Shown here: positions 40,785-54,759 of the stretch, piece after piece
How positions within the stretch are numbered: position 1 is the first letter of the stretch
Layout: each line of letters opens with the position of its first letter
Origin: Eledone cirrhosa
Lineage: Eukaryota
Assembly (NCBI GenBank): GCA_964016885.1
Contig: OZ024749.1
Location: 40,052,001 to 40,116,000, forward strand
Direction of reading: 5' to 3'
Length of the DNA stretch: 64,000 nt
Program-made: the position numbers and the translations under genes
Notes under the pieces: generated by a model
Told to the model about the DNA's origin: nothing
Database searches by the model: none
Seen by the model: only the letters and a program-made list of their open reading frames with translations

Positions 40785-41502
40785 GTTCTTCTGGTTTTAT
40801 AATTTCACAAATTCTTTTCCCAATAGAGAGAGAGTCGGTTTCTAACATAGACACAAGACTCTTTCATTGGAATGTACACAACATTAACTAGGTAGATTAT
40901 GTATGCATGTCTGCATGTGTAGATATGGATGTTATTGTATGTGTGGATGTGGATGTTTTGAGTTGTATGTGTGCATGTGTATATGCTTTGTATCTGTACA
41001 TGTGTATATGCAGTTATTAGATGCAAAGGTTTTGGAATGTTTTACATATTTTTACTGTTCCATTAATGGATTGTTCTGTAATTTCCTAACTAGTCTTGTT
41101 CTTTCTGTTCCTGTGAAGCCCATCTTCTCAAGATTTGTATTGAGGCAGTTACTAACATATCCCAGGGCCCCAATAATCACAGGCATAAATCTGAAGGTGT
41201 AATCAGTTCTGCATAAATATTCTCCTTTTCGCTAATCTTTGATATTATATTGGCGGTGGATTGGCAGTATCGGTAGAGATTCGGACACCATGCTTTGACG
41301 CATTGAGTTACGGCCCTTACCATTCTGAGTTCTAATCCCGCCGTAGTTAACTTTGCCTTTCATCCTTACGGGGTCGATAAAATAAAGTACCAGTAATGTA
41401 CTGGTTATTTGCTGGCCTTGTGCCTAACGTAGAAACAATTATATTGGCATCTGCTGGGCAGCTAATTTCCACTACTGTGCATGCTTTCTTCTCCCTGCCC
41501 CA
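40785..41502 (-). mobile_element. 5'-truncated R4/Dong-clade LINE, interrupted by SINE1
   Basis: IWGREKKACTVVEISCPADAN [SINE] KISEKENIYAEL..FMPVIIGALGYV...LQ..INGTVKICKTF; homologous to the 24291 copy; (TACA)n at both ends. Confidence 0.8.
41255..41437 (+). mobile_element. SINE1 full length
   Basis: 11-bp TSD attatattggc (41244-41254 / 41438-41448). Confidence 0.9.
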
Positions 41503-41870
41503 TATGTATGTATGTATGTATGCTTGTATGTTTGTATGTATGTATGTATGTATGTATGTATGTATGCTTGTATGTTTGTAGGTATGTATGTATGTATGTT
41601 TGTATGCTTGTATGTTTGTATGTATGTATGTATGTTTGTATGCTTGTATGTTTGTATGTTTGTATGTATGTTTGATTGTATGTATGTATGTATGTATGTA
41701 TGTATGTATGTATGCTTGTATGTATGTATGTATGTATGCTTGTTTGTTTGTATGTATGTATGTATGTATGTATGCTTGTATGTTTGTATGTTTGTATGTA
41801 TGTTTGTATGTATGTATGTATGTATGTGTGTATGTATGTATGTATGTATGTATGTATGTATGTATGTATG

Positions 41871-41904
<34 letters not shown>

Positions 41905-42729
41905 TGTTTGATTGTATGTGTATATATGTATGTATGTTTGTATGTATGTATGTATGTATGTATGTATGTATGTATGTATGTATGTATGTTTGATTGTATG
42001 TGTGTATATATGTATGTATGTTTGTATGTATGTATGTTTGTATGTATGTATGTATGTATGTATGTATGTATGTATGTATGTTTGTATGTATGTATGTATG
42101 TTTGTATGTATGTTTGTATATATGTATGTATGTATGTATGTATGTTTGATTGTATGTGTGTATATATGTATGTTTGTAAGTATATATCTAAATATATAGA
42201 TAGATAGACAGATAGATGCATATATACATATAAATATATGTATATATGCATCTATCTGTCTATCTATCTAAATATATATATGTATCTATGTGTATGTATG
42301 TAGAAATGTGTGTATATGTATGAGTGTATGTATGTGTATGTATGTAGAAATGCGTATATATGTATGTATATATGTAGATAGATACGTGTACGTTTTTAGA
42401 TATGTGTATGTATGTGCATGTATGTTGCTGTATGTGAGTATGTGTATGTATGTGTGTGTGTGTGTGCGTGTGTGTGCACACACGTACTTTCATTCTTCAA
42501 TCACCCACTCTATATCTTTGAATCACTCTCTCTATCCTGCCCCCGCCCCCACTCTCTCTCTCACACACACACACTCTCTCTCTCTCTCTCTCACACACAC
42601 ACTCTCTATCTCTCTCACACACACACTCTCTCTCTCTCACACACACACACACTCTCTATCTCTCTCATATACACACACACTCTCTCTCTCTCTCTCACAC
42701 ACACTCTCTATCTCTCTCACACACACACA

Positions 42730-42761
<32 letters not shown>

Positions 42762-42781
42762 ATCTCTCTCATATACACACA

Positions 42782-42829
<48 letters not shown>

Positions 42830-42884
42830 CCAATCTATAAAACCAATTCATCTTTCTCACCTGGTGATGCAAGCAGTCTGCAAA

Positions 42885-43456
42885 AACAGCAGTAACAACA
42901 ACAGCAGCAGCAGCAACATTATCAACTATAACAGCAGTAACAACAACAACAGCAACAGTAACAACAACAACAGCAACAACAACAACAGTAACAACAACAA
43001 CAACAACAACAACAGCAACACTAACAGCAACAACAACAACAACAACAACAACAACACTAACAGCAACAACAGGAACAGTAACAACAACAGTAACAACAAC
43101 AGCAGCAACAATAACAACAACAGCAACAACAGTAACAACAGTAACAACAGTAACAACAGTAACAACAACAACAGTAACAACAACAACAGTAACAACAGTA
43201 ACGACAACTACAGCCTCATCTACAACAACAGCAGCAACAATAACAACAACAGCAACAACAGCAACAACAGTAACAACAGTAACAACAGTAACAACAACAA
43301 CAGTAACAACAACAACAGCAACAACAGTAACGACAACTACAGCCTCATCTACAACAACAGTAGCAACCACAACAGAAACAACAATAACAACCACAGCAAC
43401 AACAACAGCAGCAACAGTAACAACAAGAACAGCAACAGTGACAACAACAGCAGCAA

Positions 43457-43494
<38 letters not shown>

Positions 43495-44025
43495 GTGACA
43501 ACAACAACAGTAGCAACCACAACAGAAACAACAACAACAGCAACAGCAACAGTGACAACAGGAACAGTAACAACAACAACAGCAACAGTAACAACAACAA
43601 CAGCAACAGTGACAACAACAGCAACAACAACAACAGTGACAACAACAACAACAACAACAACAACAGTGACAACAACAACAGTAGCAACGACAACAGAAAC
43701 AACAACAGCAGCAACAGTAACAACAACAGCAGCAACAGTAACAACAACAACAGCAACAGTGACAACAGGAACAGTAACAACAACAACAGCAACAGTAACA
43801 ACAACAACAGCAACAGTGACAACAACAGCAACAACAACAACAGTGACAACAACAACAACAACAACAACAACAGTGACAACAACAACAGTAGCAACGACAA
43901 CAGAAACAACAACAGCAGCAACAGTAACAACAACAGCAGCAACAGTAACAACAACAACAGCAACAGTGACAACAGGAACAGTAACAACAACAACAGCAGC
44001 AACAACAACAACAACAACAGCAGCA

Positions 44026-44060
<35 letters not shown>

Positions 44061-44405
44061 AACACCAACAGTAGCACCAGTTTCATTACTAGTAGCAACA
44101 GCACTAGTTTTAGTAACAGTAGTGTTAGTACCAGCAGTAGTATTAGTAGCAGCAGTCGTATCGGCAGTAGTATTAGTAGTAGTAGTAGCAGTAGTATCGG
44201 CAGTAGTATTAGTAGTAGCAGTAGTAGCAGCAGTAGTATTAGTAGTAGCAGTAGTATTAGTAGTAGCAGTAGTAGTAGTAGTAGCAGCAGTAGTATTAGT
44301 AGCAGCAGTAGTAGCAGCAGTAGTATTAGTAGTAGCAGCAGTAGTATTAGTAGTAGCAGTAGTATTAGTAGCAGCAGCAGTAGTATTAGTAGCAGCAGTA
44401 GTAAT
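42885..44405. repeat. (CAA/CAG)n-derived array with higher-order duplications, then (TAG/CAG)n
   Basis: Trinucleotide-derived; recurring gtagcaacgacaacagaaac blocks. Confidence 0.93.
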
Positions 44406-44545
44406 AGCGGTATCAACTACATTTGAAGAAATAGCAACAGGGTGAAACTCGTTCATGACACTGACGTACACAAGATGGCTTCCATTGGGAAGGAGGCGGT
44501 GGGGGGGGGGGGGTGTTTGGTAAATGAAAAAGTGTAACAAGAAAG

Positions 44546-44598
<53 letters not shown>

Positions 44599-44630
44599 TG
44601 TGTTTGTGTGTGTGTGTGTGTGTCTGTGTT

Positions 44631-44692
<62 letters not shown>

Positions 44693-44696
44693 TGTT

Positions 44697-44731
<35 letters not shown>

Positions 44732-44837
44732 GTGTCTGTTTGTGTCTGCTTGTGTGTGTGTGTGTGTGTGTGTGTGTCTGTTTGTGTGTGTGTGTGTTTG
44801 TGCGTGTGTGTGTGTGTGTGTGTCTGTTTGTGTCTGC

Positions 44838-44886
<49 letters not shown>

Positions 44887-45105
44887 AAGAGATAGAGACA
44901 TGGAGAAAGAGAAAGAAAGAATAAGTGTGAGTGAGAAGCATGAATGTTTAATGTATGTAGAAATATTTATTGTGTTGTAAAGATTGTTATTGATATAAAA
45001 TATATATATATCATCATCATCACCGTCGTCATCATCATCATCATCATCATCATAATCACCATCATCATCATCACCATCTTCATCATCATTATCATCACCA
45101 TCATC

Positions 45106-45137
<32 letters not shown>

Positions 45138-45240
45138 CACCATCATCACCATCACCATCACCACCACCATCATCTTCAACTTCATCACTATCTTCATGAC
45201 CATCATCTTCATCACCAACTTCATCATCATCACCACCACC

Positions 45241-45271
<31 letters not shown>

Positions 45272-45389
45272 CCATCATCACCATCGTCAACACCATCAAA
45301 TTCATCACCACCATCATCACCATCACCATCATCACCATCATCTTCGCCATCATCATCACCATCATCATCATATTTTTATTATCTTTGGT

Positions 45390-46140
45390 AGATTGGCAGA
45401 AACGGTAGAGTGTCGAACGAAATACTTGCAGCATTGGTTTTCACTCTTTAGTTTGGGAGTTCAAATCCAGCCGAGGTCAATTGTATCTTTCATTCTCTCC
45501 GGGGCGTCAATAAAATAAAGTACCAGTCAAATACTGGGGTTTATATAACTAATTTTCCTCCTCAGGTCTGGTGCCAATGTTAGAAACACTTAATATGTTT
45601 ATAATTGTTTCTACTTTTAACACAAGGCCAGCAATTCCCCCAGTGTATTACTGGTACTTTATTTTATCGACCCCGTAAGGATGAAAGGCAAAGCTAACCT
45701 TGGCAGGATTTGAACCAGTATGTTTATGATGATCATCATGATCCACCATGCTTTGCAGCATAGAGTTACGGTCCTTTACGGTCTGAGTTCAAATCCTGCC
45801 GAGGTTAACTTTGCCTTTCATCCTTAAGGGGTCGATAAAATAAAGTACCAGTAATGTACTGGGGTCGATTTAATCGACTTTTCCCCTCCCCACAAAATTA
45901 TTAGCCTTGTGCCTATATAAGAAACCATTATTATGGGTATTATGGAAGGGCGGTGGATTGGCAATATCGGTAGAGCGTCAGACACCTTGCTTTGCAGCAC
46001 GAAATTATGGCCCTTTACGTTCTGAGTTCGAATCCCGTCGAGGTTAACTTTGCCTTTCATCCTTACGGGGTCGATAAAATAAAGTACCAGTAATACACTG
46101 GGTGATTGCTGGCCTTGTGCCAAAAGTTGAATCAATTGTT
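45390..46140. mobile_element. Cluster of four SINE1 copies (+ old, - partial, + long form, + short form)
   Basis: Central gcctttcatcc..ggggtcgataaaataaagtacc motif four times. Confidence 0.85.
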
Positions 46141-46496
46141 ATGGGTACTGTCGCCGTGACCGAAAACTTGGCCTTTGGATTCCATAGTACGAAAGTGTTG
46201 GCAATCTGTTTCGCTATTTCTCGTCAAGGAAGCATTGCCTTTTTAACGTTGGTTTCAGAGTTGGTGGAGGGAGTGGGTGGGGAAAGAAAGCTAAGAGATA
46301 CACGTGGGGAAAGAGGAATAGGGAAGGGTTGTGGGAGACGTAGGAGGGAAAGAGAGAGATAGTAAACAGAGAGAGGGTAAAGAGAGTGTGTAGTATATAT
46401 ATAGAGGGTCTCCCCCCCCCCCCAAAAAAAAAGATATATGCTTTGATTACATGTACAGGCAATATTTATTAGAAAGCTGTTGAAGTGTGTTCACAT

Positions 46497-46527
<31 letters not shown>

Positions 46528-46540
46528 ATATGTATGTATA

Positions 46541-46573
<33 letters not shown>

Positions 46574-46581
<8 letters not shown>

Positions 46582-46750
46582 TAAAATAACAGTTTCAGAA
46601 GATCCCGTTAAGGGTGAAAGCAGCGATTCTTTGCTTAAACTTTAATCTGTTATTTTAATAAATATTTGCTCTACGGTTCTTATACATTTGATATATATTT
46701 TTCTTTATCGAACCCTCTTTGGATTTTAGTCTTCACATTTATTATTATTA
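46574..46750 (+). mobile_element. Family C PLE-like element with 19-bp inverted arm
   Basis: CAGAAGA-T-CCC-gttaa-GGG-T-GAAAG head; tail ccctctt.ggattttagtcttcacatttattatt shared with 61140-61183. Confidence 0.7.
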
Positions 46751-46764
46751 CACACACAGAAGGT

Positions 46765-46946
46765 CAGTGGATTGGCAGTATCGGTAGAGGGTCGGACGCC
46801 ATGCTTTCCAGCATAGTTACGTCCCTTTACGATCTGAGTTCAAATCCCGCCGAGGTTGACTTTGCCTTTCATCCTTACGGGGTCGATAAAATAAAGTACC
46901 AGTAATGCACTGGGTAATTGCTGGCCTTGTGCCTAAAGTAGAAACA
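46765..46946 (+). mobile_element. SINE1 full length
   Basis: 18-bp TSD attattattacacacaca (46741-46758 / 46947-46964). Confidence 0.9.
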
Positions 46947-46955
46947 ATTATTATT

Positions 46956-47011
<56 letters not shown>

Positions 47012-47016
47012 ATAGT

Positions 47017-47160
47017 GAAGGCGTTTGGCTGAGTGGTTAGAGAATTGGATTCGCAATCGTGAGGTTGTGAGTTCGATTCCTGGAGCAGGCGATACATTCT
47101 GTCCTTGAGCAAGACACTTTATTTCACGTTGCTCCTTCCACCTGGAGTTGCGACCGACAG
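47017..47160 (+). mobile_element. Second tRNA-derived SINE (SINE2)
   Basis: A box TGGCTGAGTGG, B box GAGTTCGATTCC, then gtccttgagcaagacactttatttcacg. Confidence 0.8.
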
Positions 47161-47233
47161 AGAGTATTAGCAGTTGGAAAGACCAACGGAAACATTGTTT
47201 CCTCGGTCCGATTTGACGAAAGTCGATCGTTTC

Positions 47234-47268
<35 letters not shown>

Positions 47269-47694
47269 GTAGTTAGGTGTGTGAATGTGTTAGTGTGTAT
47301 ATGTATATACATATATACAAACATGCATACATATATATATACATATATACATACATACTGACAGGTAGACAGACAGACAGACAGACAGACATCTGTTTAC
47401 CGCCTGAAGGATCACACGTAGTGAGAAACTCTGACTAACGACGAAGTGAATCATCAGCTACGAATGTATATGTTTGTGTATATGTTTGTGTATACTTATA
47501 TATATATATATATGTATGTGAGTGTGTGTGTTGTAAATATGTATATATATATATATACAATATATATATATACAATATACACACAAGCACAGACATATGT
47601 ACAATATATACATAAATATATATATATATATATATATTTATATTGTAACTATGTCTGTGCCTGTGAGAAAGAGGAAGAGACAGACATATAGATA

Positions 47695-48175
47695 GAGAGA
47701 ATGAGAGTGAGAGGGAGAGAGCGAGTGTGTGAGAGAGGGAGGAGAGGGAGAGAATGAGATTGAGAGAGTGAGGAGAGGGAGAGAGTGAGAGTGAGAGAGC
47801 GAGTGTTTGAGAGAGGGGGGAGAGTGAGAGAGAGCGAGTGTGTGAGAGAGGGAGGAGAGGGAGAGAGTGAGGAGAGGGAGAGAGTGAGAGTGAGAGAGCG
47901 AGTGTGTGAGAGAGAGAGGAGAGAGGGAGAGTGAGAGAGGGAGAGTGAGAGAGAGCGAGTGTGTGAGAGAGGGAGGAGAGGGAGAGAGTGAGGAGAGGGA
48001 GAGAGTGAGGAGAGGGAGAGAGTGAGGAGAGGGAGAGAGTGAGAGTGAGAGAGCAAGTGTGTGAGAGAGGGAGGAGAGGGAGAGAGGGAGAGGGAGGAGA
48101 GGGAGAGAGGGAGAGGGAGACAGCGAGTGTGTGAGAGAGGGCGGAGAGGGTGAGAGTGAGAGAGAGAAAGAAAGA
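47695..48175. repeat. Polypurine (GA)-derived minisatellite
   Basis: Repeated gagagcgagtgtgtgagagagggaggagaggg blocks. Confidence 0.9.
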
Positions 48176-48696
48176 GTAATGTGTGTATCGAACCACCAGT
48201 TGAATCTAAGAAGCAATAGCTGTTGCTACAGTCACTGTTGCCATGGTGTTACACACCGTATAGATGGGCTGTCAGTCACATGAGAGAGATAGGGGGGGGG
48301 GGGGCAGAGATGGTGGAACGATTGGTGAAGATCGAACGTGATAGATACATATGGTAATGTTGTTGCTGCCGTTGTTGTTGTTGTTAATGGTGGTGGTGGT
48401 GGTGGTGGTGGTAGTGGTGCTGGTGCTGGTGGTGCTGGTGGTAGTGGTGGTGATGGTAGTGAAGATGTTGTGGTGACGACGGGGGTGATGATTTGGTGGT
48501 GGAGGTGGTGTTTTTGGTGATGGCGGTGGTAGTAGTGTTGGTTGTGGAGATGGTGGTGGTGATAGTGGAGTTGGTGGTGGTGATAGAGACGTTGAGATGG
48601 CGGTGTTGGTGTATGGTAGTTCTTGTTACTGTTATTGTAGCAAAGTATGTTGTTGTTGTTGTCGTTGAAAAGTCGGTAAATCGACCCAAGTATGAA

Positions 48697-49122
48697 ACTG
48701 GTACTTTATTTTATCAACCCCCGGAAGATTGAAAGATAAATTTGACCTCGACGAGATTTGAAATCAGAACGTAAAGAGCCGCGAGACATTTTCTCCGGTC
48801 CTGTGATTATTACCGTACAATATCAGTGGTCAGCTTTGGTTGAACAACTGGATATATTACTTATCAACTCCAGATCTGGTGTATATCCAGATGTAAATAC
48901 AGTGGATTAGTCACGAGCAAATTGAAACTGGTGCTTTATTTTGGGGGAAGGGGAAAGTCGATTAATTTGACCCCAATGCATTACTGATACTTTATTTATC
49001 GACCCTCTAAATATGAAAGGCACAGTTAACCTCGACAGTATTTGAACTCAGATCGTAAAGGGCATAACTCTATGCCATAAAGCATGTTGTTAGACGCTCC
49101 ACCGATACTGCCAATCCACCGC
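48697..49122 (-). mobile_element. Two or three degenerate SINE1 copies
   Basis: ctggtactttattttatc...gacctcgac..atttgaa.tcaga motifs. Confidence 0.75.
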
Positions 49123-49150
49123 CCTAAATTGGTTATACATACTGGAAACA

Positions 49151-49594
49151 CATATTGGTAGAACATATTGGTAGAACATATTGGTAGAACATATTGGTAG
49201 AACATATTGGTAGAACAAATTGGTACCACATATTGGTAGAACATATTGGTAGAACATATTGGTAGAACATATTGGTAGAACAAATTGGTACCACATATTG
49301 GTAGAACATATTGGTAGAACATATTGGTAGAACATATTGGTAGAACATATTGGTAGTACATATTGGTAGAACATATTGGTAGTATATATTGGTAGTAGAT
49401 ATTGGTAGAACATATTGGTAGTACATATTGGTAGAACATATTGGTAGTACATATTGGTAGAACATATTGGTAGAAGATCTTGGTAGAACATATTGGTAGA
49501 ACATATTGGTAGAACATATTGGTAGAACATATTGGTAGAACATATTGGTAGTACATATTGGTAGAACATATTGGTACCTCATATTGGTAGAACA
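49151..49594. repeat. 13-bp minisatellite (catattggtagaa) x about 34
   Basis: Directly visible; gives the MFYQYVLPICSTN translation in all three minus frames. Confidence 0.97.
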
Positions 49595-49726
49595 TAGTCT
49601 CTGCAGGCGTTACTACACGCACGGCAGTAGAGATTTATATTGTAAGAATGTTGTGGTGGTGTGGTTGTGTAGTGGTGAAAATATGTGTATAATACTTACA
49701 TACATATAATCATAATACATAGATGC

Positions 49727-49808
<82 letters not shown>

Positions 49809-49916
49809 GTGTATATATATATATATATATGCACACATGTCATAGTGTTTTGTGCCAAACCCTCTAAGATCTGGAGTTATTCCTGTAGCTTAACATCTAA
49901 TAAATAGCATATATAC

Positions 49917-49954
<38 letters not shown>

Positions 49955-50266
49955 ATTATATATGTATATATGTATATATGTATATATGTGACTCATCCGC
50001 TTAGTATTTCGTGCCAAGTCACTCAGGGCACATTAGTCACTCCTGTAGCTGAGCAACTAATATATACTACATTCACTCAAAAGTATATATATAGATAGAT
50101 ATATATATATATATATATGTGTGCGCGCGCGTGTGTATGTGTATGTGTGTGTGTGTGGATGTGTGTGTGCAGTGGATTTGCAGAACCGTTAGAGCGTCGG
50201 ACAAAATGCTTTGTGATCTTCAATAATGAATTTCTACTTTCTGAGTTCTGAGTTCAAAACCCGCCG

Positions 50267-50334
<68 letters not shown>

Positions 50335-50336
<2 letters not shown>

Positions 50337-50545
50337 TTCTATGTTGTTTACTTGTCCCCCTCGCTTTACGCGAATTACTGGTCCCAATAACCTTTTTTAG
50401 TTATTGCTCGCACCAACCTGAGGTATCTGATTTTTAATGCGATGAAATACCAATGATGGTTGGAAAATCACTGACGAAGGACTATTTTTATCATATGTAA
50501 CCCATGTGCAACCACGCAGTATTCTTTTTTCTTCTCATGTTTTTA
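50335..50545 (+). mobile_element. Family E diverged copy in (TA)n
   Basis: Aligns to 4470-4640 from tcgctttacgcg to gcagtatt, with compensatory changes. Confidence 0.75.
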
Positions 50546-50566
50546 TATATATATATATATATATAG

Positions 50567-50674
<108 letters not shown>

Positions 50675-50679
50675 TATAG

Positions 50680-50764
<85 letters not shown>

Positions 50765-50781
50765 TATATATATATATACAT

Positions 50782-50875
<94 letters not shown>

Positions 50876-50922
50876 CACATATATATATATATATATATAG
50901 TTATATATATATATATATACAT

Positions 50923-50982
<60 letters not shown>

Positions 50983-51016
50983 TATATATATATATATATA
51001 TAGTTATATATATATA

Positions 51017-51052
<36 letters not shown>

Positions 51053-51260
51053 TATATATATATATAACTATATATATATATATAGTTATATATATAGTTA
51101 TATATATATACACACACACACACACGCCCACACACACGCCCGCAATATATATATATATATATATACACACACACGCCCACACACATACACCATAGAAAAT
51201 ATAATATATTACTACCTTGAATCCTATGCTCCTGCATGTCTTACGAAATCATTCAATAAT

Positions 51261-51307
<47 letters not shown>

Positions 51308-51678
51308 CACACGCACACGCACACACACACATACACAGACAATAGATCAGTTTTTAACACACAACACAAGATATGGTTCCACTGCACACACAATCAACTC
51401 TATTAACACAGTGACAGTAAAGGATGAACAGGTGCAAAGAGAAAGCTCCCATTCGCCTATATAATAATATCCAGTACACAGAATATGACGAAATAACAAG
51501 ACATTGCACTATTATTATTATCTAGAACCGATAGAGATAGCATGCAACAAAGCATAGCTTAGCTTAACACATTCTTGCAGTATTATAGCTGAGGAAAAAG
51601 CAGCAGATGTTTTGGCGGAAATGTTGTGGATATGTAGAAGTAGAATCCAGTATGAGAAAGCATGACTCAATATAGATG

Positions 51679-51726
<48 letters not shown>

Positions 51727-52026
51727 TGTATGTATGTATGTATGTATGTATGTATGTATGTATGTATGTATATATGTGTGTGTGTGTGTGTGTGTATGTG
51801 TGTGTGTACTTATGTGTGTATATTGATTCATGCTTCTTATATAAATGATATATAATATAGTGATATGTGTGTGTGTGGTACATACACACACACACATATA
51901 TATAGATATATATTTGTATAAATATATATAGAGAGAGATAGATATATAGATATACGCATACATATGTGTGTGTGTGTGTGTCTATACATGCATACAGATA
52001 GATATATGTGTGTGTATATATATATA

Positions 52027-52103
<77 letters not shown>

Positions 52104-52182
52104 CCGTTGAATGATTTTGGAAATTTTCCATTTATTTCGGCTCAGCTTCTTTTCCTATTGGTTTTCCGCCATTTTTTTAATC

Positions 52183-52261
<79 letters not shown>

Positions 52262-52932
52262 TGTGTATGTGTGTCTCTGTGTGTTACAATTTACGTATTT
52301 ATATATGTGTGTATATGTATGTGTGTGTGTGTGTGAACCTTTTTTCTTCTTCATATCAAAAAAAGTACACATTTAGAGAAGAAAAAAAAACGAAAAATAA
52401 TTCCCAAACATATTAAATATTTTAATAGAATACACACGTTGCGCTAGATATCATAGTATGGGGCATCACTTGTGTTTCTGCTACCGTTTCCACCATTACT
52501 GAATTACTAAATTCATTTTGACATAGTTTGTTTCGGTGCATTCATCAGCGGGAAAATTCTAAAACCAATATTTTATTTTCAATTATATCTTAAATAATTT
52601 ATTCCACAAGATATGATAAGCTATGCATTTTTATTATAAAATCTAATTTTAGTTAAAACACAAAAATTAATGTTTTCGTTTATACTGTTAATTAGTATAT
52701 AATGTATTACACAACATATATATCGTAAGCCTCAGGTTTTTAATATCGAATTTATGTTTTTGAAAACTGTTTTCATTAAAAATGAATAGAAGTAACTAAA
52801 TTAAATTATCTATTACAAAATACGGCAATTTTTCGCTAAATATGACAATTAAGATAGTCTTCTATCCTCGACACACGCCTTCCCCCTCAGTACATCAACA
52901 TGTTTGGCTGTTTGAAAATGAACTAATGGAAT

Positions 52933-53612
52933 TTACAGCTCATACCTATGAAGATTTAACTGGCCTCCAGCGAAGTTGTATCTCATAGGAGGTTTCTATG
53001 GTGTTTAGTGGTTGAGAAGCCCCGGTCTTATCATCTTGTTACAGATCACACCTATGAAGATTTAGCTGGCGTACTACGAGGTTGTATCTCATAGGAGGTT
53101 TCATGGGTCTTTAATGTTTGGGACCCGGTCCTATCATGTTGTTACAGCTCACATCTATGTAGATTTAGTTGGCCTCCAGTGAGGTTGTATCTGATAGGAG
53201 GTTTCTTTGGTGTTTAATGGTAGGGTCCCTGCCCTCTCATGTTACAAGGTTGTATCTCATAGGTTTCTTTGGGTCTTTTTTAATAATAGCAGGCCCTAGT
53301 CCTATCATGTTGTTATTACAGCCCACACCTATGTGGGTTTAGTTGACTCCGAATAAGAGATTTCTTGGATGTTTTAATTATAGGGCTCCAGTCTCATCAT
53401 ATTGTTGTTACAGCTCATACCTCAACAAGTTTAGCTGACTTCAGGGTTGTATCTCATAAGAGGTTTCTCGGGTATTTTAAAGAAAGGGGTCCCAGGTCTA
53501 TCATGCTGATGTTACAGCTCAGGCCTATGTAGATTTAGCTGGCCTCTATGTGGTTGCGTCTCATTGGAGGAAGGTGGTTGTTCGAGCGTTTTAATGATAG
53601 GGATCCCAGTCC
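52933..53612. repeat. Old tandem array, about 105-bp unit x7
   Basis: Units start ttaca at 52933, 53039, 53142, 53242, 53316, 53408 and 53512; shared cctatg.agatttagctggc..ggttgtatctcataggagg. Confidence 0.88.
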
Positions 53613-53649
53613 GAACAAGAAAAGCAACATGAAATGAAGTGTTTATCTT

Positions 53650-53742
53650 ACTCAAGAACACAACGCACCGCCCGCTCCAGAATTCGAATTCATGACCTTA
53701 AGATTGTGAGTCCAACACCCTAAAATACTTGGCCATGCGCCT
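53650..53742 (-). mobile_element. SINE2 head, degenerate
   Basis: Minus strand ggcgcatggccaagt...gaattcgaattctggagc...tgtgttcttgag. Confidence 0.6.
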
Positions 53743-53901
53743 TCGACTGTGTGTCTATGGAGAAATATACAAAGATTTGTCTTCTGTTCTTTCGTGGATG
53801 ATGAAACAAGCCAGTCTCTAAAATATGTGTAATGCTGCCTGCTTGAATAGATTTCTTTACTGTAATAGGTGCCATTTCCTCGCGAAAACAATTTATGTAT
53901 A

Positions 53902-53982
<81 letters not shown>

Positions 53983-54759
53983 GGGGGGGAAGAGAATATA
54001 TCTATGTATGAACGTATGTATATATAATCATTCGTATATACATACATGTATACATATGTACATACATGCATGCATGCATATATACATACATATATACATA
54101 CATATGCACACACATCAACTTGGCAATAAAAGAACCGTTATAGCTCTTCCAGCATTATCAATGGTTCCGAATGTATATGATCCGTTGAGGAGAAAACTGT
54201 GTATCTGAAAAATAGAAGAAAAAAAAACAGCCATAAAGGTCAACAGTTTATCTCAAATGTCTGAAGATATGGGAAAATAGAGGGAAAAAATCGTTGAAAC
54301 GTGGATGCGTTTGTAACACTGTTCTGATATTGGCTGATGTTCCAGCAAATTCTAGCAGATACAATAACACGTTTACTGAGCATCAAGAAAACATGTTCCA
54401 TTATGTTTGTTGTTTATAGTTGAAAACCTCTATTTGCTTCACTTGGGAAAAACTGCCATTATACATATGAACTATAAAATAGGCGAATAAGTCGATTAAG
54501 TTAGCTTCGGATATGGAAACAAGGTAGGAAAAGACACATACCACATACTACAGAGACGTGGTTCGATTCCCACGGGTGTCTCTGTCTACCTTTATTTCGA
54601 CCCCGTGGGTAAGTTGCCTGAATTATTCGACTACCTTATAGTCCACGTGCCTTCTGGCAGTTTTTCATAAATAAAACAAAACGATTCTCAAATGTTCAAA
54701 TTTGCCCAATAGCTTCGTAAATAGTTTTATTATTATTTTTCCTCCTCGTGGTGGTGGTG

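Noticed and set aside
42825-44540. Mucin-like Thr/Val or Asn/Ser ORFs of 335-571 aa
   Set aside because: (CAA/CAG/TAG) microsatellite expansion, open in most frames; the apparent T-to-V symmetry is not a true inverted repeat.
47017-47090. tRNA gene (also B-box-like hits at about 11830, 38848 and 54560)
   Set aside because: No complete cloverleaf or acceptor stem; at 47017 the sequence continues into a SINE body.
54262-54312. CUGAAGA...GAAAC...GUU hammerhead candidate (similar weak cases at 2265-2298 and 22020-22118 on the minus strand)
   Set aside because: No stem I, and a poor stem II or III; single copies, plausibly chance.
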